Below are positions 59,227-64,000 of a stretch of DNA of 64,000 nucleotides, in pieces. The stretch comes from a virus. The notes beneath the pieces are model-generated. The model saw nothing but the letters and a program-made list of their open reading frames with translations. It made no database searches and had not been told where the DNA came from. The translations under genes and the position numbers were made by a program. The DNA lies in IMG/VR virus record IMGVR_UViG_3300003314_000001, positions 1 to 64,000 of that record, one strand, 5' to 3'. Each line of letters opens with the position of its first letter. The stretch's first letter is position 1.

Positions 59227-60936
59227 ATGTCAGGAGACGGCGACGTGGACATTTCCGTCAAAATCAAGGACAACTTCTCCGGTACTCTTGAGAAGCTGGA
59301 ACAGCAGATTGAGAATCTGGATGAAGTTGTGGAAATTATCACTAAGCTTGATGATTCCGACCTTGACGAAGCCCTTGCGAAGAAAGAGGCTTTGGAAGGC
59401 GACACTCGGTCCACGCACATAGTTGACGTGATTGAACAGGGCGACAACTTTGACCCTCCCGGAAACTCTGATACATGGTCGGAACGGTTCAAGTTCCATA
59501 ATTCCGGCGTAAATCCCGAACAACAGCGGAACCTCGCAAGACAGATTGTTACTGGTGGCGCAACCACACCTTCTGACAATCATCCCGGTTCCGGTGCTGG
59601 AGCGAATATTCCGGACGGTATAGACCGCTGGATGAACGACATGGATACCTTGGAGGGCTTGAACAGTCGTGCCCGTAAAGGTCGGGAAGTGCCGCTGAAT
59701 GGACGCGACTGGTCTGCCTATCTCTCGGACGCCGCCAAGGGAGGAAAGGCTTCTGGAAGGCGACACGCCGCTTTTGAGGGATTCCAAGGGAAAGCGAAGA
59801 TGTGGGTTCCCGGAGACCCGGAACCTGTTAGCGGACCTAGTATTCAAGACCGGCTTCCCGACCTTCCAAATATCCGTAATAAGATTCCGGATAGGGACCA
59901 AATGGACTCGGGATTAGGTAAGTTAATCAGTTTCACCGATAAGTTCGACGGTAAGCTGAAGAAGCTTATGCCTACTATGCACAAGTGGATGCAGTTAGTT
60001 GCCGCTGTGCTTCCGATGATGATTAGTCTCGGAACCGCCGCTATGGGCGTAGCCGCTTCATTCGGAGCGGTCGCCGCCGCAGGTGGTGCTATCGTCGGTC
60101 TCGGTCTGATGGGAATGGACGACAAGAAGGAACGACTGGAACAGTTCCGTGAGGAATTACGGAATACGTTCGAGGGAACAGCGAAACAGTTCGCTCCTCT
60201 TGCCGATTCAATTCTCACAGAGATTCCGGGAATGCTTTCCGGTGTCAGTCAAGCTCTTGGTGGAGCGTCCGTCTTCAAGCAGACGTTCGTGAAAAGCCTT
60301 CAGACTGTTGCGGACTCTATGGAAACTCTCATACGGCGTGCTGTGTCGCTTTCTCCTATCATTGAGCAGTTGACCAACCGCTTCCTTGGACTTGTCACGT
60401 CCAGAATTGTGGACTTCTTGACGTGGCTTACGAAGGAAGCGTACCGGAATCAGGACGCTATGGTTTCCCTTTCGGAAATCTTCGGTAATATCCTGATTAC
60501 GATTTACAATCTGTCGAAGGCAGTTTCGGCGGTTGTAATTGGATTCAAGCCATTCTTCAGTATTCTGAAGATGATTTCTTCAGTCTTGAAGAACGAGTTT
60601 GCTGTTCGCATGGCTCAAGGAATCGCCCTTGTTTACACTATGACGAAGGCGATGAAGGCACTTCGGGCCGCTACTATGACAACTGGAATAGGCGCGTTGC
60701 TCGTTGGTGGTGGACTTATCGCTAACGAACTGATGTTCTCCGGACAGGACGGAAAGGGTGTTAGCGGATTCAATGGTTCCACTCCGTCCGGAATCGGTAG
60801 CTCCGGTGGAAGTGGCGACACTTACGTTATGGAAGTTGATGGTGACGTTACTGACCGACATATCAGGAAGTTCGAGACTATTTCCACTGGAAACACTAAT
60901 CAAGAATTCAGTAAGCGCGATAAGAGGGAACGATAA
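59227..60936 (+). CDS. Tape measure protein
   Basis: 569 aa. Central hydrophobic Gly/Ala-rich segments (LVAAVLPMMISLGTAAMGVAASFGAVAAAGGAIVGLGLMGM). Canonical position. Confidence 0.75.
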   Translation: MSGDGDVDISVKIKDNFSGTLEKLEQQIENLDEVVEIITKLDDSDLDEALAKKEALEGDTRSTHIVDVIEQGDNFDPPGNSDTWSERFKFHNSGVNPEQQRNLARQIVTGGATTPSDNHPGSGAGANIPDGIDRWMNDMDTLEGLNSRARKGREVPLNGRDWSAYLSDAAKGGKASGRRHAAFEGFQGKAKMWVPGDPEPVSGPSIQDRLPDLPNIRNKIPDRDQMDSGLGKLISFTDKFDGKLKKLMPTMHKWMQLVAAVLPMMISLGTAAMGVAASFGAVAAAGGAIVGLGLMGMDDKKERLEQFREELRNTFEGTAKQFAPLADSILTEIPGMLSGVSQALGGASVFKQTFVKSLQTVADSMETLIRRAVSLSPIIEQLTNRFLGLVTSRIVDFLTWLTKEAYRNQDAMVSLSEIFGNILITIYNLSKAVSAVVIGFKPFFSILKMISSVLKNEFAVRMAQGIALVYTMTKAMKALRAATMTTGIGALLVGGGLIANELMFSGQDGKGVSGFNGSTPSGIGSSGGSGDTYVMEVDGDVTDRHIRKFETISTGNTNQEFSKRDKRER

Positions 60937-60938
60937 TT

Positions 60939-61454
60939 ATGAGAATTAAACCAGCAGGGTCCGGTGGAAACCGTGGTTCGCCGGTAAACGAGAAACCTGT
61001 TCCGTTCAAATTATACGTTGACACGGAGGAATATAGTGTTGATAGGAATTATTCCTTCGGTCCGTTCTTCCCGCCTTCCGATTTCACAGTTACGAAGAAG
61101 CGGAATTTAAAGAAGGACGATAACGTATGTGAGGGCGAAACGGTTACTGATAATGGAAGCAAGAATCGAGTTATTTTTGTTTCCGGAATTCTTTCAGGTC
61201 AGTGGGAACTTCACGCTTTCGAGCAGATTTGCGACCTGAACAAGCCCCTTGAGGTGAACACTATGGGAGCGGCTTGGGAGGGAGAAGTTCGCGTAGAAGA
61301 AGGAGAATATCATGGACCAGTTGGGAAGGACACCCGCGACCTACATAGAGACGCGAACCACTGGAAGTACACCTTGCAGTTAGTTAGTACAGGACGAGAC
61401 GAATACGACAACTTCACGAAAGACGGAATTCTCGAAGAAGCAGATTCCTCTTAA
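60939..61454 (+). CDS. Baseplate/tail-tip module protein
   Basis: 171 aa in the position of XkdP/gp43-type proteins. No motif. Confidence 0.45.
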   Translation: MRIKPAGSGGNRGSPVNEKPVPFKLYVDTEEYSVDRNYSFGPFFPPSDFTVTKKRNLKKDDNVCEGETVTDNGSKNRVIFVSGILSGQWELHAFEQICDLNKPLEVNTMGAAWEGEVRVEEGEYHGPVGKDTRDLHRDANHWKYTLQLVSTGRDEYDNFTKDGILEEADSS

Positions 61455-61461
61455 AGTTATT

Positions 61462-62886
61462 ATGAATTGTAGCATGGCCCAAGGAACAGAACTTCGTTTT
61501 CTTAGTTCTGGTATCCGCATTCTTCCGAATCAGGTAGAGTACGAAAGCGATAAAGTGAATTACGATTACGCCCGCGTGGATATAACGAGGCAGGCGGGCG
61601 ACCATATTAAGGAGTATGCCGAAACTCCGGAACCTGTCGAAATCCGCACCGGAGACCGGAAGCTTGCGGACGTTTATTTTGGGACAGACAGTCTTACACT
61701 TGATAATGAAACCGCACAACTGGAACTGTTAGACGGACGAAAAGTTCTGGAACGGGGAGTTATAGACAAGCGGTTCCATACTGTAACTCTCGGTAACATA
61801 TTCGAGTTTTTCAAGAATAAGGTGGAAGACGCTGATATTGGAGAAGTAATCACCGACGTACAACTTGTTAACGCTGACCGTTCTAAAGTTACGGAAAGTT
61901 ATCAGGGAACTACGTATGCTGATTCCATGTCGGAAAACGAGATAGACCCCGACGACGCTTCCGGATTTACGAAAGCCTATTTACAGGTTGACGCTTGGAC
62001 ACAACGTTCCTTGAACGGTCTTGGTCCAATCCCGGATAGGGAAGAAGGCGGCTTCGACTTTAATCAAGCTAGTCTTGCTCAAGTTCTACAATTGATAGAG
62101 AAAGAATTTGAGCTACAGTCCTATATTGACGGAGACCGAGTGCTAAAGGTCGGAAATCCAGAAGTGGACCCGGAGATGTATTTCGCCGGTTATGGAAGTG
62201 ACATGTTTAAAGTTTCCGAGTACAACCTTACGACAGACCCGTCTGACGTGAAAATGATTTCCGTGAAAGGAGGATTTATTCAGGCTACACCATATACGGA
62301 ATCATCCTACCAAGTGGACGCTAGTGGAAGCGATAAAATGCAGTGGTGGGCGTTCGCAAGTACGGAATGGCCGGACGACCCTTCGGAGAAACAACTTCTT
62401 AATTCCCGGAAAGATAATACCTCAAATTATAGAACGGAAGGCCGTGTCATTTCCTTGGACCATAAGTCTTCCAAGAATAAAATGACGCTCAAGAAGTTAG
62501 CAGTCCGGAAGCTGATGAACGAGCTAATCCAGAAAGTATCTGGAAACATAGAAATCCAGCCTATGAAGTCGTCTATTAATAACGGCTATCCGCAGGACGT
62601 TAAGGTTGGTGACATAATTGGAGTATTCCCCGGCGACTTAGATAGTAACTGTGTTAATAATTTGTCTTCGGACGTTTTCACTGTAACCGGAGTTAGTCAC
62701 AATATTGACGGTCAATATGGATGGAATATGACAATCGACCTTTCCCGAATTCCACGACAGGATATTTACACGGCGGCTATTCCGTGGCCGAAGATTCCGG
62801 AAACTGGAAGCGACTACGAAGACTACGAAAAATTCTATAGAAAGGCAATGGAATACGACCAAGGAAGCGGAATGATTGATAACTAA
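61462..62886 (+). CDS. Putative baseplate hub (gpD/XkdQ-like position)
   Basis: 474 aa between the tape measure and spike-like genes. Confidence 0.5.
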   Translation: MNCSMAQGTELRFLSSGIRILPNQVEYESDKVNYDYARVDITRQAGDHIKEYAETPEPVEIRTGDRKLADVYFGTDSLTLDNETAQLELLDGRKVLERGVIDKRFHTVTLGNIFEFFKNKVEDADIGEVITDVQLVNADRSKVTESYQGTTYADSMSENEIDPDDASGFTKAYLQVDAWTQRSLNGLGPIPDREEGGFDFNQASLAQVLQLIEKEFELQSYIDGDRVLKVGNPEVDPEMYFAGYGSDMFKVSEYNLTTDPSDVKMISVKGGFIQATPYTESSYQVDASGSDKMQWWAFASTEWPDDPSEKQLLNSRKDNTSNYRTEGRVISLDHKSSKNKMTLKKLAVRKLMNELIQKVSGNIEIQPMKSSINNGYPQDVKVGDIIGVFPGDLDSNCVNNLSSDVFTVTGVSHNIDGQYGWNMTIDLSRIPRQDIYTAAIPWPKIPETGSDYEDYEKFYRKAMEYDQGSGMIDN

Positions 62887-62898
62887 GGTATTTAAATT

Positions 62899-63390
62899 AT
62901 GGTTAGCAATAAAGACACGAAGTCGATTATCGACACCGTAACTTCCGTAACCGTTCAGAACGGCTCAGTGTACGTCACAACGCGCTCCAGCAGACCGGGA
63001 GTGGAAAACCCCATGATACCCTACCGAAGCCCGATACCGTGGATTCTCATGGTTCCTGAGCAGGGTGACATGGTAGAGGTGTACGAGTTAGAGGACGGTA
63101 GCACTATGGCGAAGGCGTGTCATAGTCTTCCTCAAGGCGACTACAGCCTTCCAGACCTCGGTCAGCGGGACTTCATCATCAAACCAGACCCGAACACCGA
63201 AGTAAGAATCTCCGGACAGTCGGGAAGCATGGACATAAACATCAAGGCGTCCGGAACCGTCAACGTTGACGGAGACAGTATTACTCTTGGCACAGACGGC
63301 GGCGACAAGCCTCTGGTTACGGATGTAAACACTGGAAGTGACGGTACTGTATCAAGCGTAGAGAAGACAACTAAAACCAGTGCTGAATAA
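62899..63390 (+). CDS. Putative baseplate spike (gpV-like)
   Basis: 163 aa. PEQGDMVEVYELEDGS resembles the gpV OB-fold motif. Synteny supports the call. Confidence 0.5.
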   Translation: MVSNKDTKSIIDTVTSVTVQNGSVYVTTRSSRPGVENPMIPYRSPIPWILMVPEQGDMVEVYELEDGSTMAKACHSLPQGDYSLPDLGQRDFIIKPDPNTEVRISGQSGSMDINIKASGTVNVDGDSITLGTDGGDKPLVTDVNTGSDGTVSSVEKTTKTSAE

Positions 63391-63410
63391 GATAAGAGTA
63401 CAATAAAGGC

Positions 63411-63473
63411 GGGGACTTCCCGACTTTTACGGTACTCTTTTACAGTGTACTGTTTGGCACTGTTAACAGTAGT
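63411..63473 (+). repeat. Long intergenic repeat, copy D
   Basis: GGGGACTTCCCGACTTTTACGGTACTCTTTTACAGTGTACTGTTTGGCACTGTTAACAGTAGT, then ATG 63474. Confidence 0.7.
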
Positions 63474-63815
63474 ATGGTTTGGGAGACTATTAGCATGGAC
63501 CTTGCATTAGATAAAGACCTAAACATAGTTCTCGACGGAACGAACGACTTGAAAACCGTCGATAAGCAGGACGAATTGGAACAGTCAATTGGAATTGCCG
63601 TATATCAGTATATGGAAGACGGAATCGGAAATCTTGACCGGGAAGATACTCGGAAACGACTTACTCGGAAAGCAAGACGGGTAGCCCGCGATAATCGTTT
63701 CATAGATATGACAGTAGACATATCTTCAAAATGGGACGAAGACAAACCGAACACGCTGGTCTTCCAGATTGCCTACGGTTCCGATGAATTATCAGAAATG
63801 GAGATTAACGTATGA
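63474..63815 (+). CDS. Baseplate wedge small protein (gpW/XkdS-like)
   Basis: 113 aa. Synteny before the J-like gene. The ATG lies within long repeat D. Confidence 0.45.
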   Translation: MVWETISMDLALDKDLNIVLDGTNDLKTVDKQDELEQSIGIAVYQYMEDGIGNLDREDTRKRLTRKARRVARDNRFIDMTVDISSKWDEDKPNTLVFQIAYGSDELSEMEINV

Positions 63816-64000
63816 CAGTAGTTGACGGACGATACCAAGAAGACGCAGTGGAAGACGTGGTGGAAGCTATGATAGCAAACGCCAAAGATTCCTTCGGAGA
63901 AGACCTTAATGATGAACAGTATGCGGTCTTCCGGATGTTCTATCAGCCAATCGCTTCTAAAATCGTAGACCTCCAAGGCGATATTGGCCTTGTTCTGGAT
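63812..64000 (+). CDS. Baseplate J-like protein (5' part, truncated by window end)
   Basis: ATGA overlap. ORF open to the window end. Synteny after the gpW-like gene. Confidence 0.5.
   Translation, partial: MTVVDGRYQEDAVEDVVEAMIANAKDSFGEDLNDEQYAVFRMFYQPIASKIVDLQGDIGLVLD

Noticed and set aside
10605-63473. The dispersed repeats as a possible CRISPR array
   Set aside because: The copies are tens of kb apart, are not regularly spaced with unique spacers, and show clear promoter-like A/T boxes. No cas genes are present except a Cas4-like nuclease, which is common in viruses.

Overview
This 64-kb window is a near genome-length stretch of a tailed dsDNA virus or provirus. It looks archaeal and halophile-like: acidic proteomes, TATA-type repeat promoters, a TFB-type zinc ribbon and myovirus-style tail genes. 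Layout: (1) 1-4442 (+) is the end of the late operon, with LamG and other tail-fibre genes followed by small membrane proteins. (2) 4439-43856 (-) is a ~39-kb block of about 95 tightly packed early and replication genes. They include ThyX, family-B DNA polymerase, a P-loop kinase, a Cas4/RecB-like nuclease, an HTH-metallophosphoesterase, an AEP primase, a P-loop NTPase, two protein-kinase-like paralogues and many zinc-ribbon mini-proteins, several of them below the ORF-track cutoff. This block is interrupted by a 1.4-kb tRNA island (23.8-25.2 kb) and a short (+) island (26.5-29.4 kb) that holds the ERCC4 nuclease gene, with the LAGLIDADG endonuclease gene (-) inside that span. (3) 43857-47174 is a 3.3-kb ORF-free spacer rich in hairpins and iterons. 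(4) 47175-64000 (+) is the morphogenesis operon: terminase, portal, protease, scaffold, decoration protein, capsid, connectors, sheath, tube, chaperone with an overlapping out-of-frame ORF, tape measure and baseplate. Several families of dispersed conserved DNA elements overlay the genes: three promoter-like repeat classes, a ~65-bp long repeat present four times, and a highly over-represented CAGTCGGGAAG / CTTCCCGA motif. I recognised no rRNA, CRISPR array, integrase or transposase. All functional calls come from motif reading by eye; no database search was run.
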